DNA from: an uncultured Chloroflexia bacterium
GTDB taxonomy: Bacteria > Chloroflexota > Limnocylindria > Limnocylindrales > CSP1-4
Direction: 5' to 3'
DNA length: 64,000 nucleotides
Assembly: GCA_963778815.1 (NCBI GenBank)
Contig: CAVZVS010000003.1
Span: 72,895 to 136,894 of the forward strand
Numbering within the stretch: the stretch's first letter is position 1; each line of letters starts with the position of its first letter. Under the pieces are notes generated by a model. It saw only the letters and a list, made by a program, of their open reading frames with translations, searched no databases and was not told where the DNA came from. Of this stretch, positions 25,914 to 37,015 are shown in pieces. Position numbers and translations under genes: made by a program.

Positions 25914-27845
25914 ATGACCGCCCGAACGAGTCCGACCGTGCCCGCCACAGCCCCATCCGCGATCCGAACCGACCTCCGCAATATCGCCATCGTCGCTCAC
26001 GTCGACCATGGCAAGACGACCCTCGTCGACGCGATGCTCCGCCAGACCGGCACCTTCCGGGCGAACCAGGCGGTCGTCGATCGGGTGATGGACTCGGGCG
26101 ACCTCGAGCGCGAGAAGGGCATCACCATCCTGGCCAAGCAGACCACGGTCGACCATGCCGGCATCCGGCTCAACATCGTCGACACGCCCGGCCACGCCGA
26201 CTTCGGCGGGGAAGTGGAGCGGTCGCTGCTGATGGTCGACGCGGTCCTGCTCCTGGTCGACGCGGCCGAAGGCCCCCTCCCGCAGACCCGCTACGTCCTC
26301 AAGAAGGCCATGGCCCGGCACCTACCGGTAGTCGTCGCGCTCAACAAGATCGACCGGGGCGACGCGCGCCCGTCAGAGGTCCTCGACGCCGTCTATGAGC
26401 TGTTCATCGACCTGGGTGCCGACGAGCACCAGATCGACTTCCCGGTCATGTACACCAACGCCAAGGCCGGTACCGCCACAGCCGACCTCGATCGACCCGG
26501 GACGGACCTGGCGCCGCTCCTCGACCTGCTGGTCAAGGTCACTCCGCCACCGACCTACGAAGAAGGTCATCCTCTGCAGCTGCTGGTCACGAATCTGTCG
26601 GCCAACGAATACGTCGGGCGGATGGCGGTCGGACGGATCTGGAACGGCCGGATCCGGATGGGCCAGCGGGTGACGGTCGTGCGCGAAGAGGCCGATGACA
26701 CCGCCGGCTCGGTCGAGCCGGGCCGGATGATCTCCCTGTCGGGCACGGTGACCAGCCTCCAGACGGCCCATGGGATCGATCGGATCGACATCGCCGAGGC
26801 CGGTCCCGGCGACATCGTATCGGTGGCCGGCCTGCCCGAGGTGACCATCGGCGACACCCTCACCGACCCGGCCGATCCGCGCCCGATGGCCCGGCTTGAC
26901 GTCGATGCGCCGACCCTGCGGATGACCTTCGGCGTCAACACCTCGCCCCTGTCTGGGCGCGACGGGAAGTACGTGACGAGTCGCCAGATCAAGGCCCGAC
27001 TGGCCAAGGAGACCCTGGGCAACGTGTCCATCGAGGTCTATCCGACCGAATCGGGCGACACCTACGAGGTCCGTGGCCGCGGCGAGCTGCAGCTGGCCAT
27101 CCTGATCGAACAGATGCGCCGCGAGGGTTTCGAGCTGACGGTCAGCCGGCCCGAGGTCATCCTGCGCACGGTCGACGGCAAGACCGAAGAACCGTACGAG
27201 CGGATCACCATCGACATCCCGCCGGACTACATCGGCGAGGTCCAGACAGCCTTGGCCGGACGCAAAGGCCGGCTGGAGCAGATGAGCTCGGACGCCGACG
27301 GGCGGGTCCGGATGGAATTCATCATCCCGGTCCGTGGCCTCATCGGCTATCGCGGCCAGCTCCTCACCGACACTCGCGGGACGGCCCTCCTCCACCAGCT
27401 CGGCGAGGGCTACGGGCCGTGGGCCGGCGAGGTCACCCATCGGACCAACGGCGTCCTGGTCGCCGACCGGACCGGCATCTCGAACGCCTACGGCTTGTTC
27501 AACCTCGAGGAGCGCGGCGAGCTGTTCATCGGCGGCAGCGAGGACGTCTACGAGGGGATGATCGTCGGCGAGAATTCGCGCTCGGGCGATATGAACGTCA
27601 ACGCGACCAAGGCCAAGCAGCTGACCAACATCCGGACCCACTCCCACGACGAGTCGCTCCGGCTGACCCCGCCTCGTCCGCTCACCCTCGAATCGGCCAT
27701 CGAGTTCATCTCCGAGGACGAGCTGGTCGAGGTGACCCCGACCTCGATCCGGTTGCGCAAGCGCTTTCTCTCGGAGCATGAGCGACGGCGTGCCCTCGGT
27801 CGCGAGGCGGATCTGCGCAAGAGCGCGGAGAGCGGCCCGGGCTGA
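25914..27845 (+). CDS. typA: Translational GTPase TypA/BipA
   Basis: [57 protein letters not shown]. Confidence 0.97.
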   Translation: MTARTSPTVPATAPSAIRTDLRNIAIVAHVDHGKTTLVDAMLRQTGTFRANQAVVDRVMDSGDLEREKGITILAKQTTVDHAGIRLNIVDTPGHADFGGEVERSLLMVDAVLLLVDAAEGPLPQTRYVLKKAMARHLPVVVALNKIDRGDARPSEVLDAVYELFIDLGADEHQIDFPVMYTNAKAGTATADLDRPGTDLAPLLDLLVKVTPPPTYEEGHPLQLLVTNLSANEYVGRMAVGRIWNGRIRMGQRVTVVREEADDTAGSVEPGRMISLSGTVTSLQTAHGIDRIDIAEAGPGDIVSVAGLPEVTIGDTLTDPADPRPMARLDVDAPTLRMTFGVNTSPLSGRDGKYVTSRQIKARLAKETLGNVSIEVYPTESGDTYEVRGRGELQLAILIEQMRREGFELTVSRPEVILRTVDGKTEEPYERITIDIPPDYIGEVQTALAGRKGRLEQMSSDADGRVRMEFIIPVRGLIGYRGQLLTDTRGTALLHQLGEGYGPWAGEVTHRTNGVLVADRTGISNAYGLFNLEERGELFIGGSEDVYEGMIVGENSRSGDMNVNATKAKQLTNIRTHSHDESLRLTPPRPLTLESAIEFISEDELVEVTPTSIRLRKRFLSEHERRRALGREADLRKSAESGPG

Positions 27846-27968
27846 GCCGACTCGGGGTGGCCCGGCTGTCGCGCAGACGACACTCCGCTGGTCGCACCCG
27901 GGCGTTGTCCGGCGGCGCGCGATGGCTCACTCTTGGAGGGACGACCCGCCGCACCGAAGGGGACTCTG

Positions 27969-28199
27969 ATGACCAAGGATGAACTCGACCGACCGATCGA
28001 CGGCAGTGACGTCCCGGATGCCGCGACGACCGACGACGAGCTCGACGCCGAGGGTCATTCGATCGGCTTGCTGATGGGCGTCAACGCTCTCGGGGGCAGT
28101 CGGAGCGCAGACACCCGACAGCAGTCAAAGAAGGCCGACGAGGACCTCCCGCCGCTGTCCAAGAAGTGGCCCAGCATGCGCGACGACAAGAAGGCCTGA
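27969..28199 (+). CDS. Small hypothetical protein (76 aa)
   Basis: GAAGGGG RBS, charged composition, followed by a hairpin. Confidence 0.65.
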   Translation: MTKDELDRPIDGSDVPDAATTDDELDAEGHSIGLLMGVNALGGSRSADTRQQSKKADEDLPPLSKKWPSMRDDKKA

Positions 28200-28213
28200 T
28201 CGGCACGAACCTG

Positions 28214-28244
28214 GCCGACCGTCGGAGGCAGCGGGACGGTCGGC
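28214..28244 (+). terminator. Hairpin, putative terminator
   Basis: Perfect 10-bp inverted repeat GCCGACCGTC/GACGGTCGGC just after the 28199 stop. No U-tract. Confidence 0.45.
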
Positions 28245-28290
28245 GGTGGCGGGTCCGCCGCGTGCGATGGCGGGCTACGATACGGCTCCA

Positions 28291-29472
28291 ATGCCCATCT
28301 ACCTCGACCACGCCGCGACGACCCCGGTTCGACCCGAGGTCGTCCAGGCGATGCTGCCGTATCTGACCGAGGTCTTCGGCAACCCGTCCTCTGCCCACGC
28401 CTACGGTCGGCGCGCCCGGACGGCGCTCGACGAGGCCCATGAGCGGCTGGCCGCTCGCCTCAATGCCGGAGCGCGCGAGATCGTGTTCACCTCCGGCGGC
28501 ACCGAGTCCAACAACCTCGCCCTCAAGGGCGCGGCCTGGGCCGGCAAGGCGCGCGGTCATCGGATCGTGACCAGCTCGATCGAGCATCACGCCGTCGGAC
28601 ACGCGCTGCGTTACCTGGAGAAATTCGGCTTCGAGATCGTCGAATTGCCGGTCGACCGCTATGGCCGGGTCGACCCCGAGGCCGTTGGCGCCGCCCTGAC
28701 CGATCGGACGATCCTGGTCAGCATCATGCTCGCCAACAACGAGGTCGGGACGATCCAGCCGATCGCCGAGATCGCCGAGCAGGTCCGTGCTCACCGAGAC
28801 GTGCTGCTCCACGTGGACGCGGTCCAGGCCGCTCCGTGGGTGGATCTCGACGTCGAGGCACTGGGGGCCGACCTGGTCAGCCTGGCCGCCCACAAGTTCG
28901 AGGGCCCGAAAGGTGTCGGCGCGTTGTACGTCCGACAGGGCACGCACCTCCTGGCACAGCAACACGGCGGGTCGCAAGAGCGCCACCGACGAGCCGGCAC
29001 GGAGAGCCTCGCGCTGACCGTCGGGATGGCCGCCGCGTACGAGTTGGCATGCGCCGAACGGGCAGTGACGGTGCCCCGCGTCCAGGCGTTGCGTGACCGC
29101 ATCCGGGAGGCCGTCCTGGCCGTCGAGGGCGCTGAGCTGACGGGCCATCCCCGCGAGCGTCTGGCGGGGATCCTCTCGATCGTCGTCGCCGGGACGGACG
29201 GTGCGGCCGTCGCGCTCGGTCTCGACCTCGAGGGGATCGCCACGTCGGTCGGGTCCGCCTGTGCGACCGGCTCGGCCGAGGTCAGCCACGTCCTGTCGGC
29301 CATGGGCTACCCCGATGACGAGGCCCGCGGCGCGCTCCGCATCTCGCTCGGACGGACGACCACCGACGACGAAGTGGACAGCGCGATCGAGATCATCCCG
29401 CCGGTGCTGCGGGCGCACCGTTCCGGATCGTCGGTGTTGGCCGCCGATCCGCTGGCGGAGCTGACCGTCTAG
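28291..29472 (+). CDS. iscS: Cysteine desulfurase (IscS/NifS family)
   Basis: IYLDHAATTP, GNPSS, FTSGGTESNN, ANNEVGTIQP, HVDAVQA, AHKFEGPKG, SVGSACATG. Confidence 0.93.
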   Translation: MPIYLDHAATTPVRPEVVQAMLPYLTEVFGNPSSAHAYGRRARTALDEAHERLAARLNAGAREIVFTSGGTESNNLALKGAAWAGKARGHRIVTSSIEHHAVGHALRYLEKFGFEIVELPVDRYGRVDPEAVGAALTDRTILVSIMLANNEVGTIQPIAEIAEQVRAHRDVLLHVDAVQAAPWVDLDVEALGADLVSLAAHKFEGPKGVGALYVRQGTHLLAQQHGGSQERHRRAGTESLALTVGMAAAYELACAERAVTVPRVQALRDRIREAVLAVEGAELTGHPRERLAGILSIVVAGTDGAAVALGLDLEGIATSVGSACATGSAEVSHVLSAMGYPDDEARGALRISLGRTTTDDEVDSAIEIIPPVLRAHRSGSSVLAADPLAELTV

Positions 29473-30398
29473 CTTCGCTCGCGCCCGCGTCGGTAGCTGC
29501 CCGGGCGAACCTGGCGACGGCCCCAGGCGACCCGGACCAGGACCGCGGCCCACATCCGGAACGGCCGCCAGCCATCGCTGATCGCGGCATAGGCCGCCGG
29601 ATCGGGTGTCGTCGCCAGCCCATATAGCTCGGCCACGGCCTCAGGTCCCATCCGGTCGGCCGCCGGAACCTCGTCGACGACCCCGCAGCCACGGAGCAGG
29701 ACCGCCTCGGCCGTGAACTCGCCGACGCCCCGCAGCGCCCGCAGCTCGGCCAGGGCCTCCGCCGTCGGCAGCGCTCGCAAGTGCTCGGTATCGAGTCGCC
29801 CCTCGAGGGCCGCCTGGGCGAGGCCATGCAGCCGCACGACCTTCTCGGCACTCAAACCCGGGATCTCGGCAACCTCGAGCAGTCGTTCCGGCCGAGGAAA
29901 GGTCATGAACCCGACTCCGTCGAGCTCGAGGCGGTCACCGGCCAGCTCGCCGAGGTTGGCCTTGATCCGGGCCGACTGGGTCCGGGCGATGCGCTGCCCG
30001 ATGACGAACGAGGTGGCCGCCTCATAGGCGGAGTAGAAGCAGACCGGGCGGAGGGAGCGCTGCTCACGCTGGAGCGTGCCGATCACGGGGTCGCGCCGGC
30101 CGACCTCGGGCCAGGCGGTCCCGTCGTGGTCGAGCGAGACGGACCGCAGGGCCTGACGCAGGGCAGTTTGTGGGTCGCCGTCGGTGATGACCCGGACCGT
30201 TACCGGCGCGTCGTCGCCGGCCTGGCTCAGCTCGACGACGGCGCCGTGGGTCCAACCTGGATGTTCGACCGGAAAGGCCATGGCCAGGCTGGTCGCGCTC
30301 GTCCGTCCGGCCCCGATCCCGGCCGGGAACCCATCGGCGAAGTCGCGCGCGGCGATCAGGCTGAACGGTCCACGGGGCTCGATGGTGAAGGTCTCCAT
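29469..30398 (-). CDS. DNA-3-methyladenine glycosylase II (AlkA/HhH-GPD family)
   Basis: YEAATSFVIGQRI, FPRPE, LRALRGVGEFTAE HhH, WRPFRMWA. Confidence 0.85.
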   Translation of the reverse strand: METFTIEPRGPFSLIAARDFADGFPAGIGAGRTSATSLAMAFPVEHPGWTHGAVVELSQAGDDAPVTVRVITDGDPQTALRQALRSVSLDHDGTAWPEVGRRDPVIGTLQREQRSLRPVCFYSAYEAATSFVIGQRIARTQSARIKANLGELAGDRLELDGVGFMTFPRPERLLEVAEIPGLSAEKVVRLHGLAQAALEGRLDTEHLRALPTAEALAELRALRGVGEFTAEAVLLRGCGVVDEVPAADRMGPEAVAELYGLATTPDPAAYAAISDGWRPFRMWAAVLVRVAWGRRQVRPGSYRRGRERS

Positions 30399-30459
30399 CT
30401 GGTGATGATGCCCCATCGCGGTACCATCCCCACCTGATGAGCCCGACCGTGACCCTCGC

Positions 30460-31577
30460 ATGAGCCGCATCCTCGTCGCCATGTCCGGTGGCGTCGACTC
30501 GTCGGTCGCCGCCGCCCTCCTTCACGAGCAAGGCCACGAGGTCATCGGGGTCTGGATGCGCCTGCACGACGTGGCCGACTCCTACTCCGAGTTCAAGAAG
30601 AGCTGCTGCTCGCTCGACGCAGCCGACGACGCCCGGCGGGTCGCCGGTCAGCTCGGCATCCCGTTCTACGTGATGAACCTCGAGCGCGAGTTCGATGCCG
30701 GCGTGATGCGCCCGTTCCTGGCCGCCTACCTCGGCGGCGAGACGCCCTCGCCGTGCGTCGATTGCAACACCTACGTGAAGTTCGGAGCGCTCCTCGGTCG
30801 GGCTCGTCACCTGTACGAGTGCGAGGCGGTCGCGACCGGCCACTACGCCCGTCGAGACACGGCTGACGACGGCCATGCCCGCCTGCTCAAGGCCCACGAC
30901 GAGGACAAGGATCAGACCTACTTCCTGTACGGACTGCGCCAGGATCAGCTGCTCCACGCCCGGTTCCCGTTGGGTGAGGTGACCAAGCCCGAGGTGCGCG
31001 CTATCGCCCGGAGCCTGGGTCTGGTCACGGCCGACAAGCCGGAGAGCCAGGAGATCTGCTTCGTCCCGGGCGGCGATTACCGCGATGCGCTGCGCGAACG
31101 GGCCGGCTGGCAGCCGACCAACGGCCCGGTGGTCGATGCCGACGGGACGACGATCGGCGAGCACGGCGGTTCGGCCGGCTTCACCGTGGGCCAGCGTCGC
31201 GGGCTGGGTGTCGCGGTCGGTCAGCCGCGCTACGTCAGTCGGATCGACGCCTCGACCAACACGATCGTGCTCGGGCGCCGAACCGACCTGGAGACCCACA
31301 CCGTCCAGCTCCGCGACGTGTCCTTCGTGGCCGGCGATCCGCCGACCGGTCCGGCGACGCCGTTCCGGGCCGAGATCCGGATCCGTCATCGCGCCCGACC
31401 GGTCCCGGCGACCATCCGTCCGGCCGACCCGGTCGGCAGTGGAGCGGCCTCGGATCCGAGCCTGGGTCGCCGAGACCGATAGCCCGGTCTGGGCCGTCTC
31501 GCCCGGCCAGGCCGCCGTCCTCTATCGCGCCGAACTCGTCCTCGGTGGCGGTCGGATCGGCGCCAGAGCGGGACTAG
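30460..31577 (+). CDS. mnmA: tRNA 2-thiouridylase MnmA (frameshift near 31450; 3' end approximate)
   Basis: [47 protein letters not shown]. The C-terminal [17 protein letters not shown] lies in another frame. Confidence 0.92.
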
Positions 31578-31602
31578 CCGGCGCGCCGGTCCGTTCGACA
31601 GA

Positions 31603-31626
31603 AGGTGGTGCGTCCTGGCACCACCT
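31603..31626 (+). terminator. Hairpin downstream of mnmA
   Basis: AGGTGGTGC-N6-GCACCACCT inverted repeat. Confidence 0.45.
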
Positions 31627-31715
31627 GTGCAGATGGCCGCATCCACCAAGGCCCGGCGCTGTGATACTGCGGAGACCGCGGGCAGTTGCCGACGCGGACT
31701 GGAGGAGCGGGTCGA

Positions 31716-33638
31716 ATGTCCAACGCGCATCGCGGTGCGCCGTCGTCGATCGTCGGCCGCGCCGCGGGCTGGTCGCGTCGGCCGCCCTGCTGGCCGGGAC
31801 GCTAGCCGGCCCGCTGGCTACCGTGGCGGCGGCCGGTTCGCCCGCGACCGGTCATCGGACCACCGCCCCGGTCGTTCGCCTCGGTCACGCCAACGGTTTC
31901 GCCGGTGCGGCTCCGACCGTCGCGAGCGCTGCCCCTCGCATCGGATCGTCCGCCGCGAGCAAGGAGTTCGTGAACGACCCAGAGCACGAGCGCCCGGCAT
32001 CGACACGCCACCGTCTGCGCCTCTCCCGACCGACGCCCCGAAGGTCGGTGGCAAGGCGGTCGGAGGTGGCGGGCCGGGCTTGCGCGGGTTCGTCGGGCTC
32101 GATCACTACGACCAGCGGACGGCCTCGGGGGGCAACCAGTTCTCGACCGAGCCGCCGGACGGTGCGATCTGTGCCGGAGCGGGTCGCGAGATCGAGATGG
32201 TCAACAGCGCTCTTGCTGCGTACGACCGGCGCGGCCACATGATCGCCGGCCCGATCGGGCTCAACGAGTTCTTCGGGTTGAAGCCGTCCATCAACCGGAC
32301 GACCGGCGAGTACGGCCCGTTCACCGGTGACATCAAGTGCCTGTTCGATCCCGGCACGCAACGCTGGTTCCTGACCAGCTCGACCTCGAGCAGGACCCCG
32401 TCGACCGGGGACTTCACCGGGCGTCACGGCGGTCGACTGGGCGGTCAGCAAGACGAGCGACCCGACCGGGGCCTTCACGGTCTTTACGATCGATACGACC
32501 AACGGCGACGGGACTGTCCCGGGCCACCCGGGTTGCCCTTGCCTGGGTGACCAGCCGCTGATCGGAGTGGATGCCTACGGCTTCTACATCTCGACCAATG
32601 AGTTCTCGTTCTTCGGAGAGGAATTCAACGGCGCCCAGGTGTACGCCATCGAGCAAGGCCGGCCTGGCTCGGGCCGCTCGGGGCGGATCCGTTCCCGCAG
32701 GCAGTCGCGTGCGACCGGATCCCGCTGGCCGAAGGTCAGTCGTATAGCCTCCAGCCGGCGTCGGCCTCGACCGATCGGCAGTTCGTCCGGACTGACCGGG
32801 GTACGCGCCTACTTCCTGAGCGCCCTCGACTTCAACGGAACGTACTGGACAACCGGATCGCGGTCTGGTCGATCACCAACAGCCGCGTCGCTCGGGGACG
32901 CCCATCCTCGGCCGCTGCTTCAGAGCACGGTCATCCGATCGCAGACCTACGGCCTGCCGCCGCTGGTCACCCAGAAGCGCGGCCCGACTCCCGCTCCGCG
33001 ACGCGATCGCGGCCGGGCTGCTGGGCGACCCGGTCGACAACAAGATCTCGCCACTCGACGGCGGCGACGACCGGATGGCCTCCGCGTCGCTGGCCGCTGG
33101 CCTCGTCTGGGGCGCCCTGACGACTGCCGTCAAGTTCGACACGGGCGGCGCCATCCACGACGGCGCGGCCTGGTTCGCGGTCAAACCGTGGATGGACCAC
33201 GGGCGCCTGCGGGCGAAGGTGACGCCCAGGGCTACGTCGCGGTGAAGGGCCAGGATGTGACCTATCCCGGGCATCTCGGTCAATGCCGGGGGCAAGGGTG
33301 CGATGGCCTTCACCCTGACCGGCCGGAACCGGTTCCCGAGCTCGGCCTTCGTCACGGTCAGCCGGTCCGGGACCAGTCCGGTCCGGATCGCCGCCGCCGG
33401 CGTCGGCCCCCAGGACGGCTTCAGCGGCTACAAGCTGGCCCCGACCGATCCGGAGCCGCGTCCGCGCTGGGGCGATTACACCGGAACGGCGGTCGACGAG
33501 ACCGGCCGGATCTGGATCGAGACCGAGTACATCGGTCAGTCGTGCACCTTCGACGAGTACCTGGCCGACCAGACCTGCGGTGGGACCCGGACCTTGCTCG
33601 CCAACTGGGGCACGTTCGTCGGCCGGCTCGATCCGTGA
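31716..33638 (+). CDS. Secreted protein of unknown function, broken by multiple frameshifts
   Basis: GGAGGAG RBS plus ATG 31716. Fragments across frames: signal-like RRGLVASAALLAGTLAG, NQFSTEPPDGAICAG, GDIKCLFDP..RWF, DAYGFYISTNEFSFFG, RPRWGDYTG, NWGTFV. Confidence 0.7.
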
Positions 33639-33725
33639 GCTGACCGGACGGTCGACACGGTGAGGGTCGGACGATGGCGCCCGGCCCTTCGTCGAAGCGT
33701 CGGGAACGACGCCTATACTGGGCGG

Positions 33726-34005
33726 GTGATCGGCCCGGCCTTCGTGCTTGCGGTCCTCGTGGGGATCTTCAGCACCGCGCTCTATGCCCTGGTCCGGGGC
33801 TCCGTCGGCGGTCGTCTGCCGCTCCTCCTGGTCGCCGCCATCCTCGGAGCGTGGGCCGGTGACTCGCTTGGCGATCGACTCGGCTTCGACTTCATCCGGT
33901 TGGGCGACTTCCGGGTGCTTGCGGCATTTCTCGGCGCCGGTCCCTTGGGCTCGGTCTGGTGGCTCGTGGTCGCGGCGCTCGGTCCACAGCGGCGATGGGA
34001 CATGA
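33726..34005 (+). CDS. Small multi-TM membrane protein (end approximate, indels likely)
   Basis: [35 protein letters not shown] 6 nt before the GTG. Confidence 0.6.
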
Positions 34006-34038
34006 GCTCGTCGGATGCTGACGGCGACGGACGCGTGG

Positions 34039-34143
34039 ATGACCCCGTTCCTGCGCGGTCTGACCATCGGGGCCCTGGTCGGGGCGGCGATCGCCGGCTC
34101 GCGCATCTGGCGTCGGTTCATGAGGCGGTCCGAGCAGCACTGA
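34039..34143 (+). CDS. Very small membrane peptide (YtxH-like N-terminus)
   Basis: Manual translation: [34 protein letters not shown]. The true start may be at 34002 with an indel. Confidence 0.5.
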   Translation: MTPFLRGLTIGALVGAAIAGSRIWRRFMRRSEQH

Positions 34144-34211
34144 CCCGGAACCGACCATCACGGACGCCTGCGGCTTCGGTCGGCAGGCAGGGTTTGGTAC
34201 CGTTACGGCCG

Positions 34212-37015
34212 ATGCCGACTCCTGCAGTCACCCTCGACCCCCGGATCAAGGCCCTGTCCGCCGCTGAGATCCGGCGGCGCTTCATCGCGTTCTTCGACGA
34301 ACGCGGTCACGAGGTCGTCCCGTCGGCAAGTCTGGTCCCGGCGGGGGACCAGACGTTCCTCTTCACGAACTCCGGGATGGTCCAGTTCAAGGAGGTCTTC
34401 ACCGGCGCCGAGACGCGCACGCTACAAGCGGGCGGTCGACGCTCAGCGCTGCCTGCGGGTGGCCGGCAAGCACAACGACTTCGAGGAGGTCGGCCGGACG
34501 CCTCGCCATCACACCCTGTTCGAGATGCTCGGCAACTGGAGCTTCGGCGACTACTTCAAGCGCGATGCGATCCACTGGGCGTGGAGCTTCCTGACCCAGG
34601 ACATGGGCATCCCGCCCGACCGCCTGGCGGCGACGACGTACACCGACGACCAGGTCGCCTGGGACATCTGGCGCGATGAGATCGGCCTGCCTCCGGAGCG
34701 GATGGCGCAAGTGGGGCGACGTCGACGCCGGTGACGACAAGAACTTCTGGCGGATGGCCGAGACCGGCCCATGTGGGCCCGTGCAGCGAGATCCACTTCG
34801 ATCGAGGGGCGGAGTTCTCGGAAGGCCCCCAGTGCGTGCCCGACCATGACGAAGCATTGCCCGCGCTGGGTCGAGATCTGGAACCTCGTCTTCATGGAGT
34901 TCGACCAGCGACCCGATGGTCGCCACCCGCTGCCGTTCACCAGCGTCGACACCGGCCTGGGCCTGGAGCGACTGGCGGCCGTCATGCAGCAGGTCCCCAC
35001 CAACTACGACACGGACCTGTTCACGCCGATCCACGCTCGCCTGCGCGAGCTGCTCGGGCACGATCCGGATGTCTTCGAGCAGGAGCGCTTCAGCTACCAG
35101 GTCATCGCCGACCACTCGCGAGCGATCACCTTCCTCATCGCCGACGGCGTGCTGCCCGCGAACGAGGGGCGCGGCTACGTCCTCCGTCGGATCCTCCGCC
35201 GGGCGGTCCGCCACGGGCGCATCCTCGGTCGCCGCGAGCCGTTCCTGGCCGAGCTGGCCGAGGTGGTCATCGAGCTGATGTCCGAGGCCTATCCGATCCT
35301 GGCCGAGCGCCGGTCCGAGGTCCTGGCGGCGATCGTCCGCGAGGAGGCCCAGTTCGCGCGGACCCTCGACGCCGGCACGATCCAGCTCGAGGAGGCGCTC
35401 ATCCCGCTGACCTCGAGCGCCGAGCGCCTGATCGGCCGTCGCGCCGAAGAGCTGCCCCGGCGACGCGCCGGTCCTCGGCGGCGAGGTCGCCTTCCGGCTC
35501 CACGATACGTACGGCTTCCCGGTCGACCTGACCGTCGAGCTGGCGGCCGAGTACGGGGTGGCCGTCGATCGGCCGGGCTTCGAGGCGGCCCTGGCCGAGC
35601 AACGCGCCCGGAGCCGGAGCGGGCGCAAGGCGGAGCTGTCCCAGCATGCCGAGCTGACCGCGTCTGTATCAGGCCATCCAGGCGCGCACCGGCGACAGCC
35701 GTCTTCAAGGGTTACGAGACCACCCGTCTCGACGACGCGACGGTGGTCGCGATCGTCCGCGACGGGCTCGAGTACCAGGAGCTCGAGGCGGTCGGCGACA
35801 CCGGCCTCGGGGCGCCGGCCGGAGCGACCGCCGAGATCGTCCTCGACCGGACCCCGTTCTATGCCGAGGGCGGTGGCCAGATCGGCGATCGGGGCGTCCT
35901 GTCGCTCGGCGGCGAGACGGTCTTCGAGGTCGAGGACACGCAACGACCGCTGGGCGGGCTGATCGTCCATCGGGGGACGCTGCGGGGCGGTCTGCGAGTC
36001 GGCCAGCAGGTCGTGGCCGAGGTCGATGCCGAACGGCGCGCCCGGACCATGCGTAACCATACGGGGACCCATCTCCTCCACCGAGCCCTGCGCAACGTGG
36101 TCGGGGAGCGTGCCCGCCAGGCCGGCTCGCTGGTCACGCCCGACTATCTGCGCTTCGACTTCCCGCTCGAGCGCGGCCTGACCGACGAGGAGCGCGGCGC
36201 GATCGAGGCCGAGGTCCGCCGGGTCATCCGCGACGATCGGCCGGTCACGCCCTCGTCGATGACGCATGCCCGAGGCGATCGAGGCCGGGGCCGATGCCTT
36301 CTTCGACGAGAAGTACGGCGAGACCGTACGGACCATCCGGGTCGAGGGCTACAGCCACGAGCTGTGCGGCGGCACCCACTGCCGGGCGTCGGGCCAGATC
36401 GGCGGCTTCGTCATCGTCGGCGAACGGAGCATCGGCAGCGGGATGCGCCGGATCGAGGCGCTGACCGGTGACGGCGCGGACAGCTTCCTGACCGGCCGGC
36501 TGGCGACCCTCGAACGAGCGAGCGACGCCGCTGGAGCGAACACCGTCGACGCCCTGCCCGAGCGGATCGCCGCCCTCCAGGACGAGCTGCGCGAGTCCAG
36601 GCGCCGACTCAAGGCCGCGGCGGCAGCGGGTGGGCTGCCCAAGCCGGCCGATCTGGTCGGGCGGACGGTCGAGCCGGCGGCCGGCGTCCGGCTGATCGCC
36701 TACGCCGGCCCGTTCGACTCGATGGATGCGCTCAAGAGCACGGCCAAGGACCTGCGCGGCCTGGTCCCCTCTGGCGTCCTCGCCCTTGGCCTTGAAGCTG
36801 ACGAGCCCCAGGTCTTCGTGACCGTCAGCCCGGATCTCGTCGCTCGGGGGATCGCCGCGGGCGACCTCGTCCGGGCTGCGGTCGGACCGATCGACGGCAA
36901 GGGCGGCGGTCGACCGGAGATGGCCCAGGGCAAGGGCACTCGGCGCGACGGTCTGCCGGCCGCCCTCGAGGCCATCTCGGCCGCCCTCGGCGCTTCGAAC
37001 GGAGCGTCTGGCTAG
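34212..37015 (+). CDS. alaS: Alanine--tRNA ligase (multiple frameshifts)
   Basis: Fragments: [96 protein letters not shown]. Confidence 0.95.

Noticed and set aside
34212-37015. Programmed frameshifting or a split alaS
   Set aside because: Too many shifts, no slippery sites, and clustering with other indels. Sequencing error is far more likely.
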